DNA of 64,000 nucleotides from Yuukianura sp. NJ FZ-2021 (lineage: Eukaryota). A program made the translations under genes and the position numbers. The stretch lies in the NCBI GenBank assembly GCA_046563655.1, contig CM102287.1:9238001-9302000 (forward strand), given 5' to 3'. Under the pieces are notes generated by a model. That model was not told the origin of the DNA. It was given only the letters and a program-made list of their open reading frames with translations, and did not search any database. Shown one piece after another: positions 12,001 through 25,200 of this stretch. Every line of letters starts with the position of its first letter. Position 1 is the first letter of the stretch.

Positions 12001-15000
12001 AATCCCTTCAAAAGAAAAATCCAATGCTTAATCCATGTGCTCCACATTTAAAGTACCCTTAAAGGGCTCATCCAAATCCAAGTGAGAAGTGTGATGTGGG
12101 TGTCCAGAGTGTCAGTTCTGTGTGTGACAAGTGGGTGACAGCCAGAATTATGATCCTAATCACACTTAATTGTCACTTCAACACTCAGAAGACACCGACG
12201 ACTGCCGAAGTGACCTGAAGGAGGATTAAGGGTCACAAAGTACACTTAAGGGCCGCCACAGCTATGTTTAGGTGGAAAGTGTTTGGACATGTACAGGGTG
12301 ATCCACAATAATTAATCATAGATTCACCTGGAATCCTCCCTTCTTCAATGGAAACTAATCGTTTTCCATTGTAATTCAAAGGAAATCGACACTGTCATGT
12401 CTCACAGGATTCAAATTTCCCCCTCTCAAAGTGACACGCTTCCCGGCAATGGATAATTTTCAATCTTTGTCGCTTCCGATGCAAATGAAATCGTCAATGC
12501 TCTTACGCATGAAACATTGCTCCAAAAATTTTCAAATTGTAGCTGTCCATCTTTTCAAAGTGACGCTAATTCGTATTAACGCATCGACTATTTACTCAAA
12601 GTAGTTTTGCGTAAGGTGTAAATTATCCAATCAATTTACACACGCATGCTCTATTCAGTGGAGCAATTATGAAAACTTTGACAAGAAAAGTGGAGTCATT
12701 TTAGTTTTGAAAATGAAAAGTCAAACAAAAATCCATTCTTGCGTCATCGACAGTTGGAGAAGAAAAGAATAAATTCTTGTTTGTTTGACTTGTCGAAGGC
12801 CAAAGTTCAAAATCGATTCAACAAAATCTGTGATGAGGATCAACAAGAGTCACCTCCACAAAAAACGAAAACAAGATCAGGATTTTTCTGAGTTTGTGAT
12901 TGGCTGGAAATATCCAGAATTGAATCTCTTGATTGAAGATTAAAAGACGCCAATGGATTGAAGTGCTTTGAAAACAGAAGCAGGTCACCTGCCCACGTCA
13001 TGTTCAAGTAATTAGCAAGTGTTAATTAATCTTCTGTTCCAGTGTTGATTAATCCTGTGTTTAGTGTGTCTGCGTGACGTGTGACTTAAATGGAGGTCAC
13101 TGGAGGAAGTGATCTTTGTGCTGCAGCTTCCAACTGCCTCTCCTGCTTCTGCTGCACCACAAATTCCACCTGGATTGGATTTTCTCTTGTGAAATCTCTT
13201 CCAATTTCAGTCAGAGGCAGATGCTGCTTTCAAGCATTTTTCTTTCTGTTTTTCCATTCAGACCAAAAGATTTCTTGTCGCGTGCCCACTGAAACTCAAA
13301 ATGAAAAATTGAATACAACCAACTTTCAAAATTTCTTAAGCAAACGCTTTCTGCTGCAGCTTCAAATTTTGACAAAAGAAGGTGCTTCCATTTCGAAATC
13401 TAACGTCCAACGTATCAAATTTTGAAAAAAAATGAGCAAACGTTCATCTTTACTTTTTTCTAAACAGAGATCTGTCAGCATTCAATTCCGAAATTTCAAC
13501 ACTGACCGAAGTTCTCCATTTCAATTTTTTTTGGAAGTGCTTGCTGCCTTGTTCAGATTTTGAAACCTAAACCGGTTTTCAGTAAAAAAAGAATATTTTT
13601 TCTCAACTATAGAAATCAAACGCTCCACTTTTTATTTGCATAGCCTCAACAGTTCACATTTCAAATTCACACACTGAGAAGGTCCTTCAATTCATCAATT
13701 GGAAAATAAAAAAAAGAATAAAGAAAAATCACTTTTTCTTTCCGTTCTTGCTTGGTCAAACTTTACTAAACTGTGAAAAGAGTGTGATTCAAAAATTATA
13801 GTTTAATATTTTTTGAAAAGTTTAGGTGACTTTGAATTTTGAAAATTGAAATGAATTTTTTTTTGGGATTCAAGATGATTTATTTTCATTTATAATTTCA
13901 ATTTCATCCAGTATTCAGACAGCTTTTTGGCTTTGCAGATGACAAAAAAAATGAAACTGTTTAGAAAATGTTTCAATTAATACAACTGCTGAAGGATCCA
14001 AAGAGTTCTAGAAGGAAACACCATCAGATTCTGTTTACAAAAATATTTTCATCTTCAGCCTTTCTAAATCTGATCAAAAGTGTCTCTTGTGTTGTTGATT
14101 TTGAGCGCTTTTCCAAATCCTCTTCCAAAGTCTGTTTGAACAAAATCAAAGAAAAGCTTTTCTAAAAAATCGTACCTGCCCGATTAAGTTTTCGGATTTT
14201 GAAAATATTCTCAGGTTGAACCTCCTGTTTTGTTGGAGTGCCTTCGAGCCCCCTCCAACCCTTCACCAAACACTGACTTTGTTCAATTGTTCCTTTTTTA
14301 AAAACGAGATTTTTAAAAATGGGAGTTCATCATTTCAAAAGAACTTTTTCAAAAAGTGATTCAAAAAATTATGGCCATAAACTCCGGATCCCTTCGCATC
14401 TTCCTGTCTTTGTTTGGCCAAATTCCTTCTTTTTAGAACAGATTCAAGGGATCCCCAGTGACCCCTTGGGAGGGGGACTTTAAAAAACAAGTAAATCCAA
14501 GGGCACCTTGATTCGCATCTGGGTCTGGGACAAAAGCGGAGTAATTTAAATGCGGAAGGTGCTGAATCCACTGTGCTCAAACTGGATTTCCTTGTGCATA
14601 ATTTCTGTTTTAAATTTTCTAAACATTTGAATTGAAATCCACTTTTAAGGGCCCTCCTCGTGTAAATTCTGGAACCAAAACACGATTCTTTTCCTGCGAA
14701 GGGTCAAAGGGCACTTGGCAAAAAAACCCGGAAGAATAAGAATAGAGATTTCCATTTCCAGTTTTCTTTCTTCTTGGAACGAAGGGGTGAGTCTCAACAA
14801 ATGAAATTTTAAACACAAAAAATGAACTTTTTAGAATTAAAATTTGAAATATTAAAATGAGGATGTGTTTTGGAAGTAGATTTTTCCAAACGTAGTTTTC
14901 CTTTGGCGCTTCTGTGTTCCTTGAAGGGAGATGAAAGATACATTTCTGAATTCATAATTTGTGTTCCTCCTTTGCTTAGTTTTTGTTGTGATGAAGATCC

Positions 15001-18000
15001 GAGTGAGATTTGGTTTAAATGTCCAATGTGTGAGATCCATCAAGTGCAGAGGTGCGTGACATCGACAGAGGAGGGCCCTTAAGGGGTCTAAATTCAATTT
15101 GATCCCGAGTACACATGTATGCTCACACATCAATTGTTGTGTTGTGCATAAATTATGATTTGAACGAGAGAGAACAAGGGGATGAAGGGATGATTTGAAT
15201 CAGATGAGATCTGTCTCTGTTTGATTTTTAATCCCGTCCTGCGGCTTTTACAATTTCAAAAATGTTGACCTAGGTCATGTTCATACCTTTTCAAAATTGT
15301 TGTGCTTTGAAAATTTATTTTTAGTTCACCTAAATTCCCCTCATCAATGTCTTTTGGATTTCGAATTTCGAATCTTTCTAATCTTCAAGCTCAAATATCA
15401 ATTTCTTAAAATAGAGAATATGATCTCTCAAAAATATTTTGTAAAAAGGAGTATTTTGATCGCCCAATTCCCATTTTCCGTTTTTTAGAAAAAAAAATCT
15501 CTCTTTTTGTCAATTTTTTTCTAAAGAACAATGACTTTTGATCTGAAAAATGAGAACTGGAGCATATAGAATTTCGAAATCTTCACCACTTTCTTTCTTC
15601 GAAAAAAAAACTACTTTTTTTGAAAATCAAGAATTTAAGCGTGTCTCTAAAGTTCTTTACAATTTTGACACCTTGTAAGCCTTATGAGTATGACCCAGGA
15701 ATGGTACAGACCCACCGACAGAGAATTGTTATATTATTTATTATTATATTATATTTATTCATTGATTTTATATTAATTTTGAAATTTTTGAGCAATACTG
15801 TATAGCTGTTTGTTAGTGAAGACATTTTTCAAACAAGGCTTAGGCTTATGACGTTAATGAGACAGAAAGAAAATGAGAAACAAAGGGAGGGGGACCCTTG
15901 AAGCTGATGAAGATTTGAAGTGACAAGACAACTGGAGAGGTGTGAAGATGCTTAAGCACTTAACACTTCTGTTCCATTCATAGCACCACGTGACTAAAAA
16001 TAGCCTAAAATCCAATCAACTGCAACGTCCAAGGCTCCAAACACGAGCCCTTAAGTCCTCATAGCATTCAAAAGAATTGGCCTTAAATGCCGGTAAAATT
16101 TTACTCATAACTTGGTAGAAAATAATTTTGAAATGTTGAAGTTCAAATAATCGTTGATTCGGAAAAGCAACATTTCATTTTACGACAAAATTTTACAGTT
16201 TTCATCAAAAGAACGGAAATTTTGAAATTTAGGAAAAAGTTTATGCATGTTTATGTAATTCAGTTTAAGATTTGAAAGCGTGAAGCGCCTACTGCCTTCC
16301 ATTTACCAGCATTTTTCGCACCTAATGATGCGAAGCATCGCGGCGCAAGTTCAAACGACAATTTTTTGCTTGTAACTAATTTCCAATTCCGATTATTGGA
16401 TTGGTTGCGTTGAAATTTATTTGAATTCAAAAGTGACTCCATTTATCTTCAAATGTCACATCACAAGAAATCGGAAATTTGAACCCAGGCGGCACTTTCC
16501 CTTAAAGGGACTCAGGGCCCTTCATTTCAATTTTTTTAAAGTGAGAATGAAATGGGCGTTGGGAAATTCTGATTCTACAAAATCGGCATCAATAATTGTT
16601 CAATTTGTCAACGTGTCACTTTTCAAAATTTCATAATCAATCAAATTGGTTCAACCAATTGCAACACTACTGGTAAATACATAGCTAAAGTTTACTCTTT
16701 TTTTAAGGATTGACAATTTTTTTATGAAATTCTAATGCATTTCAACGACACTTAAAGTTTTAGCACTTCGTTTTAAAATTCGCAGCTTTAGAAAGACAGT
16801 TATTCTTCTTTCCATCGCATTAAAGTAGAATTGGAAGGGTTTGACCTCTGACCTCTCGAGCAAAATTGAAACCAAATGCCTTGACCTTTGTTTGTGTTTC
16901 ATAATATGACTCAAGCACAATTGAGTTTGTATTCACCTGGATTTTGAAAAACAATTTCTCCCTTTGCAGCACGTGAAACTCATTTTGCGTTCATTTGAAC
17001 ACGGCCTTTGTTTTCTAAAAAGCGGGTTTCCTCCTTTGGTGGTTGGAGGAAGCGGCTCTTTGTTGTTGTGTTCAAATGGACACATGAAGGGGGTACTTTG
17101 GCACAGGGGTCACATGAGGGAGTTGTCCAAGGGGGACCCTTAACAGTGACAATGGGTGACCTTGAGAGCAGGAGTTGTTGATGTGGGGTGATTGAGTCAC
17201 TTCACCTGGCCAAAGGTCATTCGTCTCCATTCATTTCCAAGTCCCCCCTTATTCTAGGGGGTACTTGGAATATTGAGATTTAAGTCATCAGAGTGTCCCT
17301 TCGTCCCTTGTCACAATCTTTGACTCCCTGGGGATCATATCTCTCATGTCAAAGTGTATCCAAAAACAAACATGTTCACATGGACATAAAAGGTCACACA
17401 AGGGCTACTTGACACCTTGGAAAACAATTAAGTTGTCCGAAACGACAGTTTCACAAACAATTTCTAGTGAAATGGACGTAACTGATGTGTCCAAGGACAT
17501 GCATGGATAAAAACCATCCGACCAATCCCAATCCCGCCCACGCCAATTCGTTTCGTCCAGTTTTGGAAATTCTTTGCTCAGTTTTTAGCTGTCTACGCTC
17601 ATGTTAAGTTCGTCACGCTTTTGCATTTTTATGTTCAAAATTTTCAGAAATTCTTGGCTTGTTTGGTTTTCTTTCTTTTTTGAACAAATGTCGGTTTAGC
17701 TTTCTAATGCTTTTGTTAGTTTTCAAATTAGTCAAGCTTCCTGGGAGTCCAACTTCCTCTGCCGTTTCAAATTTTTGCTGTTTTGACTGCTTTTCAAAAA
17801 ACGAAATCGAAGTGACCGAGGTCAAAGGTCAACGCCGTTTTAAGAATTTCACTCTCTGATATGCGAAGAAATCAAACATGATTTTAGTTAAGCATTCAGA
17901 AGTATGGGGAAAAGCTATTAAAGAATTAAAAAATTCTTTGTTAAAATTTTGGTCTTTTCGAAATTGAAATTTTGAATTTGAAAATCGAAAAGGCGGAAGG

Positions 18001-19213
18001 TCAAGCATTTTCCTGTAAATCTTGGAAACTTTTACCGCAAGATGAAATCCAAATAAAGACATATTTTCCCATTGTTACAGAACCAAAACCAGACACCCTT
18101 TCCATTTTTCTGTCAAGGGCCCCCAAAATGAGTACGGGCCCTTTGAAATTCATTGCTTACTGTGTCGGTAGTTCCCTAACCTAACTTAACCCTAACATCT
18201 TTTCACCCAAAACTTTACTTTCCAGTGATGAGGAAAGAGTTAAGGGCTCCCAGATAATCCAATTCTCAATTTCAAATGGAACCGAACCAAAGGGTCCCCC
18301 TTTCGGTTTCACCGACTTACAAATTGGAAATTTCGAAAAAATGAAAAACGAAAGATTTTTTCTTTAAAAACTCAAACACCGAATCCTTTCAATTCTTGAT
18401 CGAATTCTAAAAAACGCTCTTTTCTTTTGTCGATATCCTTCACTGGTACCCTTTAAGTCCCCAAAAATCAATTCCAATTTCAACTTTTTTAAAATCTGTG
18501 TTTGAACACACTTTTTCCAAATCTTATCACTTGACAAACTGAAAGTTTCGATTGAATCCCGTGTTTGTACATCTTCCAGGTGAACTCTTCAAAATTCAAG
18601 ATTAGAATTGAAAAAAGTATGACAGGGTCAGGTCAAAGGTCAAATTTTAAAATTCACCAGCAGAGAGTTATGTTGTTGGAAATGTTACGTTGTGTTAGGC
18701 TTTTAGCGTTGGACAACAAAAGGTTAGACTAATGTTGTTTTTTTGAAAAGTATCCATTAGTCCATGCTGGACTTTCTCTGCTTTCTCTTTTGTTGTTTTG
18801 GTTGCATGATTCACCTCCATTGCATCTGCCTCATTCACAGGCACCTTCATCTCCCTGCCCCCCTGGGGGGACTTAAGTCCTGTTTACTCTGTTGATGAAA
18901 TGATGAGCTCTGCGTGACCTGACCTCCCTCGCATGCAACTCACTTTGGAAGGACAATGAAAGCCCATCTCATGACACCCCTTAATGAAATGGTCCACCAG
19001 TTCCAAACTAGCACACGACGGTTCTTCAAATTAACTAAAAGCACACGCAACACAACAATAATTCCAGCATCCAATTAACACCACTTACACAGGTAGGTGA
19101 CTCATCTCCAAACTTATCCCATCAACATCAAAATTACATAACCTAGCACAAAAACGTAGGCTAAGACTAAAGACATTAGGTTAGTAGCCTAACGAAGGGA
19201 CAGAATACAAGAA

Positions 19214-19275
19214 TACAAAACAAAATTTCACAAAAACTAATCTAACTTTTAGTTTTTGTGAAATTTTGTTTTGTA
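19214..19275. repeat. perfect inverted repeat, 27-bp arms, 8-nt loop
   Basis: TACAAAACAAAATTTCACAAAAACTAA-TCTAACTT-TTAGTTTTTGTGAAATTTTGTTTTGTA. Confidence 0.95.
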
Positions 19276-22200
19276 ATGCAGGCAGATGTACATAGTTTGA
19301 CCTCCGACCTGATACGGGAGATTCCAATTTGTCACCAGGGGAAGGTCATTCTAAACCTCAGATAGGAATCGACAGATCTGCAGATACAGATCCGTTCGTG
19401 TCGTGGCCATTGAAGGTGTGAATCCACTTATCACTTTAGGATCTTGGTCCACTTTTATCAAAAATCTCAACCTTCTGCTCCGACATGCACAAAAACATCT
19501 TCCTAACATAATCTTAGCATGACCTGCCCCAACACGTTACAAAAATTCAAAACATAAATTGGAAAATGATTGCCATTTAGTTTTGTGGTTAACGGTGAAA
19601 AGTTCTGATCAAATCTGCAACACCGATCAATCATCATTGCCTCATAAACTGATCAAATTCAGATTTGACACGTTTTACAAAAAGTAAAATTTGACACCTC
19701 CAAAATTTTGATTTTGAAATCACAAACAAAAAACATAGCTAACGAACCCACGCCGAAGTTCCTTAACGTTAACGGTACAGTTTACTCTGCGTCGTTTTTT
19801 GAAAGTTGTAGCAACAACGGTTGTTTGAAATTGGCCCAAATTTGAAAAATTTCAAAACGATAAATTCAGAACGAACCTAAACTGAACTGTGGTTCTTCTA
19901 AGGAAAGAGGAGATACAAAGATTGAATTTATTGGAAAGGTGACCCTTAAGGGCTCAGCATGATTTCCAAAATATTGTGACACTTTTGGACCATCTTGTAC
20001 TTGAAGGAACAAAAGAAACAATGGGCCACACGCAACCTTCGACAGTCCTGGTCACTCTTCCGCTGGACAATTCAAAATTTCAGAGATCCAAAAATCGATA
20101 CACAACAAACAGCAACCGCCAAAAACTCAATCTTTTTCAAAAATGAAATAGAAATGAAAGAAAAAATGCACTTTTTAAAATTTGAGAATTATCAGACTAA
20201 CCAAGCTTCGTGCAACAGGAAAAGAAAAAACTATTTTTTGTTTATTACGAAACCTGGCCGACTCGTTAACTGTTTCGAAATTTTGCAATTCTTCGTTCAA
20301 ACCTAACAAATTTTGTTCGTATGGCGTTGGCGTTAAATTTCCACATACAAAAAAAAGTAGCATTTTAGCAGTTAAGCGTGTTCGAAACAAATCTTGCCCC
20401 ACCAGATCGCCTTAACATGCTACAATGGAGCCACCAGAAATGTTTTTGTGCCACCATGCCCCACCCATGTTTCCATTGTCACTGACATGAATCTGCGGAT
20501 GTGATGATGATCCCGTGTCATGTCAAATCTGTTTTTTAAAAAAAGCTGCGTCATGGTGGGAGTTATTGTTCAATTCAAAAATGATTTCTTCCCCTTTCTG
20601 CCCCTTCGATTCCAGCAATAATCGAGTAATCGATTACTTTTGGAACATCGTTGACAAGTGTCGACTACAGCTTGTCATCAATTCACACTTTCCACCTTGT
20701 CAGTTCCAAAAGTTAAAAGGTTTTGGAAAAAAATCAAACCAAAAAAATGTCAAAGGTCAAAGTGTTGGAAACCACATCAACGTCAACATTTTCAAAATCA
20801 AAAACGAAATCTTTGGCTCGAAATTCAAAATTTAACAAAGAAAACTGACCGATTTTCAAACTTTTTTTTTTCCAAAGCTCCTTCACCTGCCTGTTTCAAG
20901 TATCTACGTGACTGACCTTGGACAGAAGCCACAAGTAATTTTACTTCGCGCAGAAGTGAATATTTAGGGGGCCCTTAAGGGTCAAAGTTCAAGCGAGAGG
21001 AAGCTGTTAAGTAAATAGGAAACGCAATACGCAATGCTCCGAACTTTTACTTTTCAAAAAAGGAACACTTTTTTTTCAAAAGTAACTTTTGCATTTTTTT
21101 CGTTTTTCGAAAAGGTCCAATTTCAATATTGTAGAGTTGAGATTAGGTCAGGGGCATCTGCTCCACTTTGATCAGAGGTTGCCTAAGTACAGAAAAACAA
21201 AGGAGCCCTTAAGTACCCACCCACGGAGAACTAGATTAAACTAAGGGCACTTTGTTTCAGTAAACTACACCTGGTAAATCACTTACATGTAACAAACAAC
21301 ATAACACTGCGTGCTAAAGGGCACAATTAAGGACGTTGTTACTCTGTTGACACCGGAATAATTTAAGGGCTCCCGGGCCAAGCGGCAATTTTCAAATTTT
21401 TTGAAATTGAAAATTTGAAAAACTGAAAACAAAATCTTGCGTGACCTACTTTACATAATGACATCTGTAATTTGTACTTTTGTTCACAAAAAAGTTCCCT
21501 TCAATCAGTACTCTCTGGAGCCCTTAAGTACACTTCCGTCAAAACACGTAACTTCCGCTTCTAAGTTCCCTCAACTCTTCCCGCGGAAATTCAATTCCTT
21601 GAAATTTTGGCGCCAAAAGTTAAACGCAGAGGGGTTAAGGTTTTGTTGAAGCGTCACCTGCTAAGGGCCCACGCGTCAAGGGCTCTTCCGAATTCCACTT
21701 TCTGGGGCATTCCTGGATTTCGGTTTGGGGGCCCTTAATTTTCTCAGAAAAGTGGAAAAGTGACGGCCCTGGAGCGCCGGCTGCTGCCACTACTGTAAGA
21801 GTGAGATTGATTTATGGACTTAAGGGCCCCTGCAGAATTACAGAGCTCTTTGGGTAATGAGCAATATGGACTCGTGTGAACCATTAACCAACTTAATTGC
21901 AGGTAACCACATAAACATTTAAGGGAGCTTCACCTGACTTAAGGGCCCCCTCACCCCTTCAGTCACAATTAACTTTAATCATCAATTTAGTTAAAATTAG
22001 CTGTCAGTATTACTAGTTTGTGCAACTGAAACTTAGGCGTTCAAATATCCTAAAAATCATTAGCGGAAGCACAAGAGCCCTTAAAGGGAGCCCTCAGTAA
22101 GTTACCTTGTGTTTCTTGAAATTGATCCTTCTGCACCTAACCCTTGAAGCTTTATGTACCCTTAAGGACTCTGGGTTAACACTAATGGTTAATTCTTGTT

Positions 22201-25200
22201 CACTAATTTACAGAATTTGAGTCGATTTTCATCGAAACACGCCCTGTAATGACCTCCTCAACAACTTACAAGAAGGGCCCTTCAAACAGCATCGTTCTTG
22301 TTTTTGTTTTAGTTTTACAAGGGCCCTTGGAAGGGCTCCTGCTTCCTGTAAAACCTTAAAGGGAATCGGTGTAAGTTGTCGTTTTCTAAACAGAACTAAT
22401 GGACTTAATCTTCCAAGGATATCAAGGAGGACCCTTACACTTTCAATTACTAATTTTCAAATTAATGGTTCTTCCGCAAAAGGAAAAGTGAAATTGAATC
22501 CTTATCTGGTCAAGATTCTTGTTTGAACGATTGTTTTTGTTCTTCTTCAGAACAGTAGTTTTTTAAAACAAAAAGGAATACATCTGCCACAAAAACACTG
22601 AACTATTCAAATTTTTTCGAAATTTAACAGAATTCATTTCTAAAATTTCTTGCATGGTTTCTTACCTCCTCATTCATAATTTATTTTGCTCAAACAAATT
22701 CAAAACGTTTATAATTTTTTTTTCACTCAAGAAAGTGAAAATGAAACGTATGTAATTCACTTGTTTTTTTTTTTGTGTTGCAGACCAAACACTGAAGATT
22801 GGCTGAAAAATTAACATTAACCGTTAGAAATTCCCACCGGAGGCCATTTGTCTACTGGATTCTAGCCGCCTACTTTGCAGCATGCTCAACTTAATTTTTC
22901 AAACAGAATTTTTAAAAACTTTTTTAAATTTAAAAAAGTTTACTGTTAATCAGCCGCACCCGGAAGAGAAAAACAAGGTGTTGAATTCTATCCATTCAGC
23001 AGCAGCTGGAAAAGTGAAATTAGGGAGTTGCACATAGCCTACACGAGGCTAATAAATTATGGAAGTAATTGTTAATGATAGGAGGGTGAATTTCATAACG
23101 TTAAGCAAAAACATAACTTAATCGTAACTAGCCTAATTTAAGCAACTAACCTAATCCAACATAACCTCAAACCGCTGCCATTTTTAAAACTAACTGCAAC
23201 TTTTTGAATTTCGTGTGAAAGTAAAAGTAGGCAGGATTCCAAGAATCTTTTTCCGGGTTCCCTCATTGTCATAATTCCATTCTTTTTCCAGTCTCATGAA
23301 TTATTCCCGCGCTCTAATTTTTCCAAAACAGGTTCAACTTTTCAAAGTTCATTTTCAAAATTTCGTGGGATCTAAAAATAGGGGGCCCTTATGGGAAAGG
23401 GCTCTGGTTTGGAACAAATCTGGGGCGCTACCCGGGTAGGACCCTTAGCTTCACTCCGAAGGGCCCCTCTTTTGTCACCTGCAAAACACTTCGGTCTCTT
23501 TCCCTGGGAACAAAGTGTGGACAACACAGATCCATTTCCACTGGATCACACATCACACGATTAACAAAGGAAAAGTGAACCTGATTCCACTTGCAAAAGG
23601 GATTCAAATCCCACAGGGGTCAGAGGTCAAAGGACACAAAAAATTCACACGCAAAAAAATATGAGGGTTAAGGTTCATGGGAAAATTCAAAATTTGAAAA
23701 GACGAACAATACACTAAAGTCACTTTAATTCCGAACAAAAATAAAGCTGCAAAAATTCAGCACGAAAAATTTTTTACAGTTCAGTTAGAGTGGAATGTGT
23801 AGAGAGGAATTTGCGGACGATTTTCTTCTTATGTTTCTCCCCAGAATGCTTGAAATGCGTTTCATGTTTCTCTGTGTTCAGTTGAAAATGTTTTGGAAGG
23901 GAGAATTAGTTGTGAAAGTGGAGCCTTAGAAAGTGTGGACTTGAAGTACCCATCTTCTTCCATTTGTCACTCGGTGACCCTTGACCTGTCACCAACAGAC
24001 GCAACACTCACCACCAAATTAACAAAATACAACTCTGTTTGCACTCATCTCTCTTCACTAATCTCACTAAACAAAATCCATCTTTCAAACTTTTCCAAAA
24101 TCTGGAAAAAGGGGTTTTGTTTTTTCAAAAACTGGTTCGATTCCAGTGGGGACCCTTAAGGGCCCCAGATGCTCATTTGGGTGTCACTGCTTCTAAGGAT
24201 TCAAATTTTGAACCAAAAATAATAGGATTCATTTCGCACCAAAAACTAAACAAATCCGCTTAAATCCAACCGCTCAAAATTCAACAATCTTCGGCTCCAG
24301 GTTGTTGCTCTCTTTTTCAAAAAATCTTTTTCAATGTCAACCAACTGGGCCCTTCAAATTTCAATTTTTTCAGAATTTGAAAAAAACGGAAACTTGAGTG
24401 TTTCCTTTCAAAAAGATGAATTTTCGTTGGATTTGTTCCGTTCTCAAGGATTCGTAGCGGGATTTCTTAATTCAAAATTCAAGGAAACCCTTTCACCCCT
24501 TCCATTTTTTGCGTAACAGGATCAGAGCGAGCCCTTGAAGGCCCCCACCCTTGTCTGTGGATCTGGATTAGACAGTTTTCCATTTAAAAAGAAGAAAGTG
24601 GTAAAAAATGAATCATTTCCCCAAATCTTGTGACACTTTTTCTGAGAGTGAAATTTCAATGCAATTCTGCTTAAGGGTCCGTTATTTCCCACAAACACAT
24701 GCTAAGGGCTAAGGGCCCTTTGACCTCGCTCCAAACAAATGAACAAGGTACAACTGAAAAAAGTGGAGCCTTACTTTCTCAAGGGATCCAAAAAGGACAG
24801 TTTTCTAAAAAAAATTCTTTTCGAAAAAGGAGCAAAATGGAGCCCTTTAAAAATCTGAAAGTGTTCATTTCCATTTCGCTTGTTTTGGTGTGAGGTTCCG
24901 TTAAGGGCTCTTCCATCGTCATCTCTGCCCAAAGTCTGTTTGAATTTGAATGAATTGTCGTAGTGAGTAGAAAAGCAGAGTGTGAGAACTGTGGGTACTT
25001 GAAGGGACCCCATGGGAACTGGACTTGTGCCCTTCAACCAATCAATGCACTTCCAAAAAGCAGGTGACTGTCAAAATGAATGAAATTTTGGTGACCTTCT
25101 GACCTTTGGAGACAAAACGAATTTCTCTTTAGCCTTTTGCTTTTCAGTGCTTTCAAAAAATATCCTGCTGTTTTCTCCTCTACTGAAAATGTAGGTTAGG

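Noticed and set aside
16283..16350. GATGC-GAA-GCATC hairpin and weak similarity to 25510-25565 as a Helitron end
   Set aside because: Stem is only 5-6 bp, similarity is patchy and no CTRR terminus or boundaries were found.
7250..24162. CCCTTAAGGG as piggyBac/Kolobok termini around TTAA target sites
   Set aside because: piggyBac ends read TTAACCC...GGGTTAA (opposite arrangement); flanks of different hits share no extended TIR; half-sites also occur in Snail codons.
7250..24162. CCCTTAAGGG as Collier/EBF sites
   Set aside because: COE consensus is TCCCNNGGGA with a 2-nt spacer; here the spacer is 4-5 nt and flanks are GGG/GAG/GA.
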